Positions 23,485 through 36,966 of a stretch of 64,000 bases of DNA are shown here, one piece after another. Position numbers and translations under genes: made by a program. Numbering within the stretch: position 1 is the first letter of the stretch; each line of letters opens with the position of its first letter. Under the pieces are notes generated by a model. That model ran no database searches, was not told where the DNA came from, and saw only the letters and a program-made list of their open reading frames with translations. Source of the stretch: Camelus ferus (lineage: Eukaryota); NCBI RefSeq assembly GCF_009834535.1, contig NC_045697.1, positions 51,958,001-52,022,000 on the forward strand, in the 5' to 3' direction.

Positions 23485-24513
23485 ATACCCATTATCACTA
23501 TTACCTTTTATCTCCATCCTCTTCCGTCCCGAGTACCTATGCTCCTGGTGGATGGAGTTTTCCCATTGTGAGTCACTTATCCACATCTCCATGCCTTTGT
23601 ATATGCAGTTCCTTTTTATGCCCCCCTTTTTCCCCATCTGGTAAAATATAAACATAAATTGAGACCCAGTCAGTTACTTCTCCCTGACTCTTTCTCTGAT
23701 CACATGGACAAATTTTATGACTCAGATCCTACCTATGCTTTTATTCTTCTTTTCACATAGATTCAGTCATTTCCTTTGGCTAAGACTGCACCCTTAGCAC
23801 CTAGTAGGGTGACTAGCACATTGTAGGTAAAAGACTAGATTTTCCTGAACTAAGTTGAATCTCCTCTTCTCATAAAGATTTTTACCATGTCCTATTTCCC
23901 TCAGCTGGAAAACTTCACTCGCTCTTGAGTGAAAGTGGAGTTACTGAGAAATAACCACTGTCACCTTTCTCAAGCAGATGGTTTTATTTTTATTTATGTC
24001 AACTAATATTTTGTTTTGAAAATGTTCATGTTGAATGCTTGAACTGTATTCCTTTACACTCATAACTTTTCTCTTACTTATCTTCAGATTATTCCACACC
24101 TCCCAAAATACTTACATTTTTTACACTTAGTTGCTTCAAAGCAATTTCTTTAGAGGCTGACTTCCCTGCTGCACAGCAAAACTGAAGAGAAACCATTTGT
24201 TTCTTCAAATTGCCTTGTTTATTTCAACATAGGCAGCAAGTGCACGTAGAGTGTAAAATTTAAAGAAGGAACAAGTTCATTTGACTTGTTTGTGGTGTCA
24301 ACAGATTCTTGGAAGAATAAGAAATTCAAGCATGCTTTTGGTTATAAAAGCAAATATTCCAAGTTTTCCCTAAAATAGGTTTTTGAAATCTTTGCATTGT
24401 ATATGTAGAAAAAGAATCAAATGCATGGGAATGCTGCTTTCCTGATTTTGCTAAACAAAAATATCTTTTGAATTTAAATATGCATACTGTTCAGTTTTTT
24501 AATCTTTGTGTCA

Positions 24514-25030
24514 TGTCTACTTACCGATTACTACAAGAATGCTATGTAACAAACAACCATGCAACTTTAGAGGCCTGTAATAATTTTGTTTTCCTTCTAA
24601 AGGCCATTGGAAATTCTGCTAATCTGAACTGGGCATGGTAAGTCTCACCCGCACATCTATGAACAGCTATAGGTTGGCTTTGCTGTTATCAACTGGGCTT
24701 TCTGAAGTGTCTGAGGCTTCAGCTGGGACAGCTGGGCTGAGTCAGTCCTGCCTGCAGGTGTCTCTGTAAGTCACATCCTGCGGGCTAGCTGGAGCATGGG
24801 CATGTTCTCATGATAAAGACAGGAGCAAGAAAGAGTCCAGGTCACAAAGCCTCAAATCCTGGAATACCATCTTCCTGTTAACAGAAAATCACAAGCGCAG
24901 CCTAGATTCAGGGGGTAGGGAAAGTCTCCATCTCTTTATGAGAGAATCTACAAGTTCACTTGGGAAGTGCATAGTTACAGGGAAGGATAAAGACTTGCAA
25001 CTTTTTTTGGGGGGGGGGCAATCTATTACA
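24514..25030 (-). mobile_element. MLT1H/G-like MaLR solo LTR
   Basis: GCTATGTAACAAACAACC...GCATGTTCTCATG...CAGCCTAGATTCAGGGGGTAGGGAAA...GCAATCTATTACA. Confidence 0.7.
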
Positions 25031-25599
25031 GTATGTTTACTCTTAAAGGGATTTAAAACATAAAGGAACTATAAACTCAGCTTATAAAATATGTCATTGA
25101 TTACTTTGCAATCACTGTTTCTGGAGAAATATTCTAGATAAATTTAAATCGTAAGATCATTAGTTTTTATTTCATTACCTTATGGGTAGAGAGCAAAACT
25201 TTGAAGCTGTTTTAATTATTTAAAGATTCCTGAGATGGACATTTTAAACAAACACATTTGTGATCTTACCCAGAAAAGAAATAAGTGCTAAAAACATTAA
25301 AAAATGTTCCTTGGGCTTCATGAAAAAGTAAAAAATAATGATTAAAATGTATTACCCTGAGTCTTCAGATAGTGATGCCTCCCTTACCTAACAGCATTGC
25401 TATTTACACTTACACTAGCTTCTAGAATATGTTGCTTTAAACATAAAGTACACCTAGAGATGTTAAATTATTATGACACATGTGCAAAGGAATACCTAAA
25501 ACAAAAATCCTCAGGTACCACACAGTTACAAATAGATTATTGATGCCTAATCATTTTATTTGGATCTTGGTAAAAACCATATTCTACATTTCCATTTTA

Positions 25600-25830
25600 A
25601 TAATAATGGTTCTTGAACACATGGAGACTTACTATATGCCAGGTATGGTTATACACAGTGTGTGTGCATTAACTCTCAACATTTCTTTGAGGAAGGGAGA
25701 TTTTCTGTATTTCATAGCTAGCACAGCCAAGTCACAGAGAAGTTAGGTGGCCTGTCCAAGGTCACACAACTGGCAGGTGGTAGAACCAGAATCTGAACCC
25801 AAGTAGTGTGGCTCATTCTCTTAACAACTG
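25600..25830 (-). mobile_element. MIR
   Basis: ACTTACTATATGCCAGG...AGAGAAGTTAGGTGGCCTGTCCAAGGTCACACAACT...GAATCTGAACCCAAG. Confidence 0.7.
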
Positions 25831-26104
25831 TGTCAGTTTGCCTAGTAATGGATTAGCACCATTCTCACCCTTGTCTATACTTTCCCTGATAACAAGGGCT
25901 GGAAATCAAGAAATGTACTCTGCTCTAGGCTAGATCAACCATGAGAGGCAGTGACATGAGATCTGGAAAGTGGAGGAGAAGCAGAAACTGTACTTTGCTC
26001 CCCCAGTAATGGTGGGCAGATACATGGGCTTCAGCAGATGCAAAGTCTTTCACTATCCTCTAACTTCTTATATGTATATATATATGTATATATACTTCTA
26101 CACA

Positions 26105-26583
26105 CATGCACATGATGGAATATTATTTAGCCTTTACAAAGAAGGAAATCCTATCATTTGTGACAACATGCATGGACCTAGAGTATATTAGGTGAAGTGA
26201 AATAAGCCAGTCATAGAAAGAAAAAGACGGCATGATTCACATCTATGAAGTGTCTAAAATAGTCAAGCTCTTAGAAGCAGAGAATGCAGTCTTGGTTGCC
26301 AGGGGCCAGGAAGTGGGGAAACAGGGAGTTGCTATTTAACGTTTATAAAGTTTCAGTTGTGCTAGATGAAGACATTCTAGAGATCGGCTCTGCAACCTAG
26401 TGCCGGGAGTTAACATTATGGTATTGTGCACTGCAGAATTTAAGAGGGTAGAGCTCATGTGTTATTACCAGAAAACAAAATAAAACAAAAGCAAAGGGAC
26501 ACGAGGAAACTCTGGGAAGTGCTGGATATGTCTATTACCTTGACTGTGTTGCTATCATGGGTGTTTACATGCGTCCAAACTCA
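26105..26583 (+). mobile_element. L1MA10/L1MB-like 3' end
   Basis: ATGGAATATTATTTAGCC...AGTGAAATAAGCCAGTCA...TATAAAGTTTCAGTT...AAGAGGGTAGAGCTCATG. Confidence 0.78.
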
Positions 26584-27439
26584 AGCAGAGTGGGGAGGAA
26601 GACAGGTCTTTGAGAATGGTGGGATCTTATTGTAAATCAAAATCAGGTATTAATTCCATTGACTGCTATTCCAGAAGTACTTTTACAAGAATAAATCAGC
26701 AAAGCCTCAGAAACCTGGCATGTAGGTCTCTGTCTAAAAAATATCTTTTTGCACGTGAACAAAGTCTACAAGAGCCGGTTTGCTTTCTCTGTGCAGAGAC
26801 AGTAGCATATCTTCATTCCGCTACCACAGGGCCCTGTCAAACTATGTCAGTTCTTCAGCTCTGTTTCATAATCTAGCTCACAGGGACCTTGATCACATTC
26901 CTATTACTGTTCTACTAAAACAGTATCATATTAATCCAACCTGGTGAGCAGAAATTAGCTAATACAGTTGATGACTTGATGAGACACATGAGTATCAGAG
27001 GGTAGGAGATAATCCCCATGAAAATTCAGGAACCTGCCAACTTAATGAAGTTTCTAGGGGAATAATGGTCCAAGGCATGAATGGTTATTCACTCCAAAGG
27101 GAAGGGCAGTTGCTGTATCTTGTACCCTTCAAAAACTAAGAAACACAGTACTTGATGGTCTCATCTGGCTTCTATAAACAATACTTACTAATAGGTAATT
27201 GACATATTTGCTAAATAACCCCTAATAGTGCTAAATTGTTTTTTTTTTTTTTTTGGCAGCAGATTCATGCTGGGTCATGGGTCTTAAGGTTATAGAGATC
27301 CAATTGTGCCTAAAAGATCTGTGATAGATGGGGATAATGAAGGGAAATTCTGCCAACTCCAAGGGAAGAAAAACAAAGCCAATCCTAAGGGTTTTACAGA
27401 AAATCCATTTTCTTTTAAGAAAATGGCAAACTTCCTCTT

Positions 27440-27834
27440 TTATTCTTTTTTTAATTAAGTATTTTATTGATCAGATGTGGTTAACCGCATATGACTTCTG
27501 GTAACATGGTATAGATTTCTCTGTTATTTCTACTCTGATACTGGACCCATTCTTCTATTTTTTTTTTTAAGTTGCAGTATAGTCAGTTACAATGTGTCAA
27601 TTTCTGGTGTACAGCATAATGTCCCAGTCATGCATATATATACATATATTCATTTTCATACTCATTTTTTCATTAAAGGTTATTAAAGATATTGAATGTA
27701 GTTCCTTGTGCTATACAGAAGAAATTTTTTAATGTATTTTTACATTATAGTGGTTAATATTTGCAATTTATCCCTTCCCACCCTCTTTCCCCCAGTAACC
27801 ATAAGATTGTTTACTATGCTTGCAAGTCTGTTTC
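27440..27834 (-). mobile_element. 5'-truncated young L1 3' end (27558-27834) plus a ~105-bp 3'-transduced segment and second poly(A)
   Basis: TSD TGGCAAACT(T/G)CCT(C/T)TT at 27424-27439 and 27835-27850; two poly(T) tracts (27441-27452 and 27558-27568); AATAAA (-) at 27468-27463. Confidence 0.8.
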
Positions 27835-30800
27835 TGGCAAACTGCCTTTTCAAAAACAGTTTCTAGCTTGCTACTCTGCTTAGGTTGAGACAGAATTACT
27901 GACAATGGTAAAATAAATGATCATTTGTCTTTTGTGCTTTGGGTGTTCCAATCCACCAAACTTTATAGTGGAATTGGTTATATATGACCAGACTTAAGTA
28001 GACCCTGAAATTATGGGTGAGTTTCCAAATAAGCTCATACTCCTATTACATCTATTGTTGCTATATCATCGCCTCTCCCTCTATCCACACCTAAGGCCTC
28101 TTGAAGAATTCCTCATGACATGCTGAGTGGTTCGATGGGATGTAATGACACCAACCAAAAGAAGACAGGAGTGGCTCAGAGGGGCATCAGGAGAAGGAAA
28201 TCTTTCTGGCGTACAGCAAATTGATGAGTACATCTGGTTGTGTAGTTTATTGTGAGAGATTACCAAAGATATGGGTATATAATGATTAATTACCAATGGC
28301 TAATAGACCAATATTGGAGGGCTGTGTAGGGTCTGGGGAAGAAGTATACAGAACAAGTGATTTAAGTGAGCATGGGTTGTAAGGTTATGTCTCATACAAA
28401 TGCCCACCAAATGGAGGCTCTCAGTACTCAGGTATGTAATATGGCCTATTCCAGGTAGTCACTTAGCCTCTTTCTCAAGCTACCCTGTGATTAGTTAATT
28501 GGTTTATCAACAAAGTATCCATAAATATTATGTCTGGGTTCAATAACATAAGTTTCCCTTCTTTGACACTGATCTAACACCATTGCAGTAAGATTCCTTT
28601 CTTAAAAAAATAGACTCTTACTATGGATTTACCTTTTCTCCTTGCAACACTTTTGTCAGCACTACTAACTAAATACTTACTGAATGTATTATTCATTTTC
28701 ATGGTATATTACCCATTATACTTCTCCAGAAATATTTTATGGGAAAAGAAGGAAAGCAATCATATGGTACCTAGTGGATTCAATGGTCTTCCTATGGAAT
28801 CTATTATTCAGAAACAATAGGCTTTATAAAACAGTAGACTGTCTCCTTGAGAAACCACCACTTCCAGAAGGAGGCCAGTCTTACAAATGTTTCTGTCTTC
28901 TCTGAAGCATGACCATTAGATGCTGTCTTTTTCCTGCAGTGGAATACACAGGCCCTTCCACCAGAGGGCAACAGTGGCTGTGGCTCTTTTCCCTAGTACT
29001 CCTAATAATCCAATTGCAAAATTTTCCATTCCAGCCTTCCATCTTTAAGCTCTTTAGGTTTAAATTTTGGGTTCTTAAAGAAGAGCGCCAGTATCAGGGG
29101 ACAAAAAAAAAATGGCTCCAATGAACAGGTGGTTGAGATCCCACTTAGCAGGGATCACAGTGTCATTGAACCAGAGGCAAAGAAGTAGATTACTGTCCCA
29201 GTTGAAGTAATTTATCAGATTATCAAGAGGGAATCAGGTTTTTATTATATATAATGAAGATACATCTAGAGTATTTCCTTACTACCATGTTCAGTGGTAA
29301 AACTGAACGGAACCTACGGCAACCCAATACAGGTAGGACACCAAGAATGAAGGTTTGGGTTAGTCAACATGGTGAGGAACACAACCAGTCAATATCCCTA
29401 TAGAGATCAAATGAGCAATGAGTAAGTAGTGAACGAAGTTATAAATACCAGTTCTGGTCTAATGACCAGGTGCATGAATGAAAAGTATATGAACTATGAG
29501 TGCTTCTTGCTTTTTTAGATAATACAAGTATGTATGTGTCTATACATATACTATTTCCTTTTTACCTTCTCCCTCTTCCACCAATATATTATGTAAGATG
29601 TACTGCTAGTGGTTAAGTTTAGAATTAATCTTCCTATTACTAGGTATCAAAGAGAAATTGTGACAATTCAAAGGGGAATGAGCAACATACAGTAATGGAT
29701 ACAGTGATTAACAGGTTTCCTCTATTTCTGGAGAAGGTAAGCACATCTTCATTTCCATGAGAGGTATTCTCACCAATTTAGATGGACGACTGATGTTAAT
29801 CTTGTAACGCAGAAGTTAAATAAGCATGGAGAGACATGTAAGAATGCTGAGTAGCCAAAGCAATTGACTATCTTATATGGTTGTTCCTAACTCATCAGCA
29901 TGCCCACATCCTTCAGTGCGTTTCTTTGTATCTAACCCGGCCAGCAGAGTTCCATGTTAGACGCTGACAACAAGAGCTAGTCAAATGATGTTTGGAAAGT
30001 AGAAGTGATACTATTACTTCTCTGGCAGCAAAAAGAAGTAGCATGGACTTTGGAAGACTCAGGGCATCCTTGCAAGTTATGCACCCCCTGTGACAGGGAG
30101 CTGTGATCACTACTGGCAGTTTCTTGTGTCAGGGTTCTCTGAAAGTCTAAGGTGAACCTGAGATCTAGCAGTAGCTTTCCTTGACTCATTCCTCCAGTTC
30201 TTCCAACAATTTTGCAAGCACCTAACAATTTGTATTTAATTTTTTCTTGCTTAAAATAGAATTATCTCTGCTTTTCTAACTGAAACCTTACTGATACAAG
30301 ACCCACAGGCTATGCTGCTTCTTCAATATACGATTTTCTACTAGGTAACCTCCCTCAAAATCAGTCATACCCCTCTTCCATGTTAATCATTCAGTTGCTA
30401 CAGAAAGATAAATGTGGAGCATGGCATATTTTAATTCATATAAAAGTTTGGATATTTGCAGAGATAATTTATAGAGTTCTACCTTATAAAATTGCTTTTG
30501 CATTAAAAAATACAAAATTTCTAGGTGTTAACATTGTTAATGTTCTAGTATATTTCAAAATTGGTGCTTGTGGAATCTTAAAAATATTGACCTGCAGAAT
30601 TATTTCTATTAAATTTTTGAGTCATATTTTAAAGTCTCTGTTGTTCTTTGATATTAATTTGACATAACTTTCCCATATCCTGCAGTGACCTACAAAAGTT
30701 GAGCTAATATCATGTTTAAATAGTCACTATTTCTATGTGTTTACATTAAAACTAAGTTAAAAACTAAAGCCATTTATCATGACCATCAACTAGTGACCAT

Positions 30801-32779
30801 GAAAATGAAAAATTCAGAGTTTTATATTAGTCTGCTGTGTCCTTTGCATTGCTGTTGTCTAGTAATTGTAAATTCCATCTAAGATACTAGTTGATCTAAT
30901 AGGTCTTTTATGCTTTGCTGTTTGGTAGCATTCTTTTTGAGAAAAAGTAAACTTTTTTTTCTTTTTTGTATTAGGATATTGTTTGCTTAGAGTGAAAGGA
31001 ACCCATATACAGTATACATAATTCTAGATATTTGGAGCCATTGCCATCAGTATACTCCATTCCAGATATTGAGACTAAAAATAAAAATACTAATGTAGTG
31101 TGAAAAAAAATTACACTAGATTTTTTTGACGTTTAGGTAGCAACCTTTCACATTTTGTTTCTTCCCTTTGACTGAGTGCATCTTATTAATTAAAAAAGGA
31201 ATTAGTCTTTTAGAATATGCCCAGTTTGCAAGATCCAACCCCAGGAAAAAGGAGTGGAGGACATTGTTTTTTATAGCTGATAACCTGTGGAAGCATCTGA
31301 TAGCCTCTAAATATTTGTTCCCATCTTATTTTTGTATCTCATATGAGCAAAGGAGAGAAGATAATTCAGACTAAGAAATATTGCCTTATTCTAATTTTAC
31401 CAAAAAATATTACGGCTATTATTTTGCTTTGTGTTAAACTCATAACATAGGCAAAACTTTTCATCAGTTGTGGCTATGTCACTAATCCCTTGGTTCCTTT
31501 CTTAAGCCTAAAAATGCATTTTGTTCTACTTTCAGTAAGTGGGTATAATTATTGCTTTGTAGTTATACATTTGTTATACGAAAGGATGGAGGATTATCTT
31601 TATAGTGGAATCGATTTTATTACAGTTTAAAAAAAATTAATGATAGCCTTCATTCCCACATTAGGTTGACCTTTGTACATTGTCAGTGACAAAGGGAAGT
31701 CTTTCACTGGTTAAGAAGAAAATAAATCAGTAAATTTTATTGTGCAACAACCACTTTATCATTAGCTGCGAAATGTACTAGCAGTGGGAAGAAGAAATAG
31801 AATTTTAAAAATTAAACAAATGGATTAGCTTTGTGACAGCACATTTTAAAAACTGATTTGAAAACTTAACCGATTGTTCTAAAATGTGTGAGGGCTACGA
31901 CAACTAGGAAAACAAATGTTGAGCTTTTAAGGCAACTGGTCTCTGTGTCAGGACCTTAGCGCCTTGAGGTACAGGACACCAGTAATAATATCACATATTG
32001 CCAAGGCCTTATTAGCTCTCCAAGTTTTATCATATACAAGTGCAGCTTTCCTTTCCCAAAAGTTCCAGTCAACATTTTCCCTAATTTAATCTGACAATGG
32101 CATTCTCACCAAAGCATACTTATGAAAAACCTTAGTCAGGCAACACCAGGATCCAGGTGTCTCGCGGCCGTAAAACAAGATAAGAAACACAGAAACATAC
32201 ATCCCACTGTAGCAAAGGTTTTCACCAGGCAGCAACCAAGCCGTCATCTCTTCTCATCATTAAGTGGGCGTAACACGAGCACCACGGGATCAGAGCACAA
32301 TTATCTCTAACAGCAATTAAGATGACACAAGAAAACCCCCATGTGCAGATAAAGACGCAGACTATTATTGGGACCCCAGGATGTGATGACAGCACTCTGA
32401 CCCATGTTGCAGGAAAACAGTTGGCATGTTCTAATGAACTGGTCCTTGAACACTAAATTAATTTGGTTTAATTCCATAGCAGAGTTCGTCATTATCGAAA
32501 CAGATAAAACTCTATAAATAGAAAACTCAGTGAAATAATTCAAATTAAATCATGAACAAGTGAGAAATTTTATTTTTCCTAAGCCTATTCACAGGTTGAC
32601 AAAGAAGTGCAGTGGTTATTCTGTCTAATCACTGATACTTTGGAAAACCAGTCAAGTTGCTAGATCTGTTGCCAAAAGCCAGCTTATATAAAACAGGGCA
32701 TATATTATATCAGTGTTCCAGCCAGATTGACATTCTGGGACCAGGCTCCTCTAAAGTACATAGATATATTTTCAAGGGT

Positions 32780-33580
32780 TTTAATTTTTTCACTTTTTAT
32801 TTTTAAATAATTTCAGACCTATAGAAAAGTTATAACAATAATACAAGTAACTTCTTGAGTTATGAAAATTATTTATATATTCTGGGTACAAGCTCTTTGT
32901 AAAATATGTTTTGCAAACATTTTTTCTCATGGTTTGTGGCTTGTCTTCTTGTTTTTCTAATTGTGTCTTTTAAAGAGCAAAACTATTTTTCTTTGATTTT
33001 GATAAAGTGAATTTTATTGCTTTTATAGTTTGTGCTTCATGTGCCGTATTTAAGAAATTTTTACCTATACAAGATTTAAAAGATATTTTCTTATTTTTTT
33101 TTATGGAAAATTTATCATTTTGGCTCGTATGTTTAGCCCTGTGCTCAGTTTTGGTCTACTTTTGGCATATGGTGGGAGGTAAGGGTCTATGTTAGCTTTT
33201 TTCATTGAGATATCCCATTGTTCCAGTATAATTTATTCAAGTGATTATCCTTTCCTGATTGAACTATCTTGGATACTTTGCCTAAAATTAGTTGAGGCAA
33301 ATAAGCATGGGTCTATTTCTATACTATTGTGTTCTGTTGATCCATATGGGTATGCTTACACCAGTAACACTGTCTTGTAGTTTTACAATAAATCTTGAAA
33401 CCAAACTTGTTCGTTAAAAAAAAAAAGTTTGTCTCTTCTAGGCGCTTTGCTTTTCCACATTAACAGCTTGCCATTTTCTTCAAAAATATGCTGAGACTTG
33501 TTGGAATTGCATTGAATCTATGGATCAATTTGTAGAGAATTAAAATCTTAATAATAGAATTTTCCAACCCATGAGTGTGG
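32780..33580 (-). mobile_element. Ancient L1M fragments
   Basis: TTATATATTCTGGGTACAAG...TTTGCAAACATTTTTTCTC...TTGGAATTGCATTGAATCTATGGATCAATTTG. Confidence 0.7.
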
Positions 33581-33624
33581 ATTCAGTATGTGAATATGGT
33601 GTTCACTGCTACTTAAGAGTTTTA

Positions 33625-34105
33625 AAACTAGGAATAAAGAGAATTTCCTCTACACAATAATGGACATCTAGGCAAAGCATACAACTGCTATCATAGTTAA
33701 TGGTAAAATGACTGAAAACTGTACCCTTAGATAAGGAGGAGGCAAAGACATCTGCTTACACTGCTTTAATGATGTACTAGAGGTAAGCCATTAGACAGAA
33801 GACATACAGATCAGGACTAAAACTGTCTTTGTTCACATAAGGCATGATTGTGTACATAGAAAATCCCGTTATCTATGAAAGGCTACCATAAATAACAATT
33901 TGGCAAGTCTTAGAATAAAAGGTCAAATTACAAAGGTCAACTGCATTTCTATATACTGGCAATGAACAACTGGAAAGAAAAATTTTAAAACCTGCTTGAT
34001 TTTTAGTGGCTCAAATAAAATATATAGGAATAAATTTAAGAAAAAATACGTAAAATACATACCTTTTTAAACTACAAAACTTTACTGATAGATGTTAATG
34101 AATAC
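33625..34105 (+). mobile_element. Ancient L1M ORF2 (RT region) fragment
   Basis: AAACTAGGAATAAAGAGAATTTCCTC...AAACTGTCTTTGTTCACATAAGGCATGATTGTGTACATAGAAAATCC (decayed FADDM motif). Confidence 0.7.
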
Positions 34106-36966
34106 TTTTCTTGTAAATATACTAGTACTGGTGTCATTATTTTTGCTCCGAGGGCAAACTTTCTCTTCCTGGGGACAATTTTAGTATAGTCTTCGGCTCC
34201 CTGCTCTCCAGTTCTTTTTTCCATGCTGCATTCCCCCCCTCCCCCAGATCCACTTTGCTCTCCACAAAGGCTTGAGGGGAGGGAGACCTTGAGAAACATC
34301 CCTGCTGGAAATCAGTGTCTTTTTTTGGTTGTTTTTCTGCTTACAGATAAGGTGGTTTGTGGCTGTTTCTGTCTTCTGGTTAAAGGCAATGGAATACTGT
34401 GTGACATTATTTGTTCTTGTTGGTCTGTACAGTTTGGAGATTCAGACTTACACATAGAACCCTTAACTTGACTACCCTGGGTATAACCTAGATACTGTTT
34501 TAAACATAAACCAGCCTTCTTATAGGGAGGAATGTGCTTCAACTTAGGGCTAAACTTCATGATGTGCAAAAATAACACACTAGCTGACATAGTTGTGGGA
34601 AGAAAAAAAACTTATTTTTGTATCTTAGATTACTCCAGCACAAGTGAATAATGCATTTTAATTGGAAACACTGCTCTGTCAAATTCCATCTCTTATAACT
34701 TGACTTATGCCCATGAGATTTATCACTAATCTAATAGTATCAGACTGTTTCTTCTGTAATTGCTGCATTCACATTTGGTCAGCCTTTACCATATGAAATT
34801 TTCCTTTTTCTTACATTACTATTAACGATTTTCTCTTCTATGCATAAGTAAGGGTCTTGCATAGATGGTCAAAGAAAAGTCACTATAGTATTGGTTTTCC
34901 AGCTAAGGAGATGCTAATGTAAGAACAGTTTTAATTATAAGTCTATAAAATAATTATTCACATTGAAAATGAACCAAAAATGTGGAAGACTTTCCCCCCA
35001 ACTTTTTAGTATTCTCTTTAGATAAATAAAGCCTACTATGTAATGTGCAACTGTAGCATTATTCTAAATTGAACTTGTATCTTCTTGACCGAAAGGCTAG
35101 CATTCTGTCTCTGCCTAATGTAAAATCTGCAATATCTAATAATTGATATTTGGAATTGCTGATATAAACATGGACTTGTAATACCCAAGAGAACCCAGCT
35201 TTTGCATCACAGCTTTGTAAGGTGAATCTCTTAGTTATCAAACCCTATCATGTTCAAAGCTAGAATTGTGGCAGATTTTAAAAATTCTCCCATCAAACAT
35301 TTCCCAGTTGTTTGACATAGACACCAAACAACATATTCTGCAGACCGATGGCAGTCTGTTTTCTACAGCTTTAGCTAAAGATAATTTCCTAGGCCCTTTT
35401 ACCAGTATTTACCAAAATAACCACGCTCAAAAATCATTTTGCACTACATACCTGGGCAAGCTGAACTACAATTCTGTTCATACTAAATGCATCGGAACAC
35501 ACATGAGGACACAAAGTTGAAAATTCCTCTCTAGGTCTAGCAAAAGGATAGCTAAAGAAACAATCCAGCCTTGAAACTGACTGCTGTCAGATTCTATTAA
35601 ATAAATGTACATTGGCTCCTGTTTCCGAATAGCAATTTTAAGAGGATAGGCTCTTAACTTCAGTTTTATTTGTGAAGTGTTATCTATCCTTGTTACTCAC
35701 TGACGTAGAAAGCAACCCAATTATACTGTGCAGTAGAGCACTAAAACCATCAAACACAAAATTAAAAGGTGAATTTTAAAGATATTTGAACATAAGGGAT
35801 AAGTAGTTTCAGTTTAATAACATGCTGCACGGAGAACAGGTCTAGAGATACTACCCGTAACAATTTACTGACAAAGTTCTCAGGGGAATGAAAACGCTCT
35901 CCTTTGTCCTTGCTGGGAAATGTACTGCTGTGGACTTCCCTGCATTTCTTCTCCACAAGGTCTTCAAAAGTTGTGAACTGTGGTGGGTGGCAATGTTCTA
36001 AAGCAGAAAAGACATCAAATCGGAGGATAAGAAATTTGACTCCTCACCTTGGCTGTCTGTCCCTAAGTTCCATGACATCATATTTGTACATTTTAGTTTG
36101 GTAATCTATAAAATTAAAGGTCAAGATTATGTCTAATGTCCATTCTGGCTCTAAAACTTCACATTAGCGCCAATAAAAATCATTATTACTGACTGCTAGT
36201 GGAAAATAGTGGGAAAATATTGGAAAAGAAGGTGATGGAAAAAATTCTGGCTACTTTACCAAAGTACCGTAAAGTCTCAGTACCCACATCTCTTGGCATC
36301 AATCACTTCATTTAAAACATCATTTTCTCACACAAGAGGCTGTCCCCGTGAAGCTGTACATCATTAATATGGATGTTTTTCTTTTAGATCTTCCCCAGAA
36401 ATTTGTTCATTTTCCCCTTGAGGTACTTCTTTCACTCCCCCACATGAGGTCACTTTTGCATGGATATAGATATATTGTAGATTGGCTCCGCTAGCACTTG
36501 TGAGAAAACTAGTAGCAAAGAAAAATTGCTGTTGCAACTTATGTCTTAAGAATCATTTTTTCCAATTAAAAAGAGTGCGTGATTATTAGAAAATACAGAA
36601 AATATAAACAAAAAATGAAAACCCCACATGACTACCACCTAGAGAGAGCATCCCTTTCTTCTGACGTTTTCACAGGGAGAGAGACTTTCTCAGACGGAAC
36701 TTCTGAGTTTTCACTCACTCCTCTGATAAGAATCAGGGAGTTTGGAAGAAAAAACTGAACTTAAGAATCTCTGGCCTTTTTATACCTCTCTTTTGGAAAT
36801 TGCTGCCTGTAGGGATCATATACTCTGTGTTCATAAAAATTTCGTGAACTGAGTTGTTTCCGTGTAATTATGTGGGAAACTCTGATTTAGGAATAACTTA
36901 TAGCAAATCCCCTTGCCCACAGCCTCAATCACATTCTCAAACAGTTTCATCAGTAATAAAGCTAAT

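Larger units (their letters stand above)
25845..30298 (+). mobile_element. Decayed ERVL provirus (ERV3-16A3/LTR41-like): partial 5' LTR ~25845-26050, internal pol remnants ~26600-29868, 3' LTR 29869-30298; interrupted by two L1 insertions
   Basis: Frame from 26940 gives PGEQKLANTVDDLMRHMSIRG*EIIPMKIQEPANLMKFLGE*W, an ERVL RT signature. Internal end GCTGAGTAGCCAAAG; LTR end ...CTGAAACCTTACTGATACA. Confidence 0.72.

Noticed and set aside
32275..32298. REST/RE1-like site GAGCACCACGGGATCAGAGC (also half-sites near 41022 and 51469)
   Set aside because: Needs mismatches in the left half and insertions in the right half relative to TTCAGCACCACGGACAGCGCC; too weak to call.
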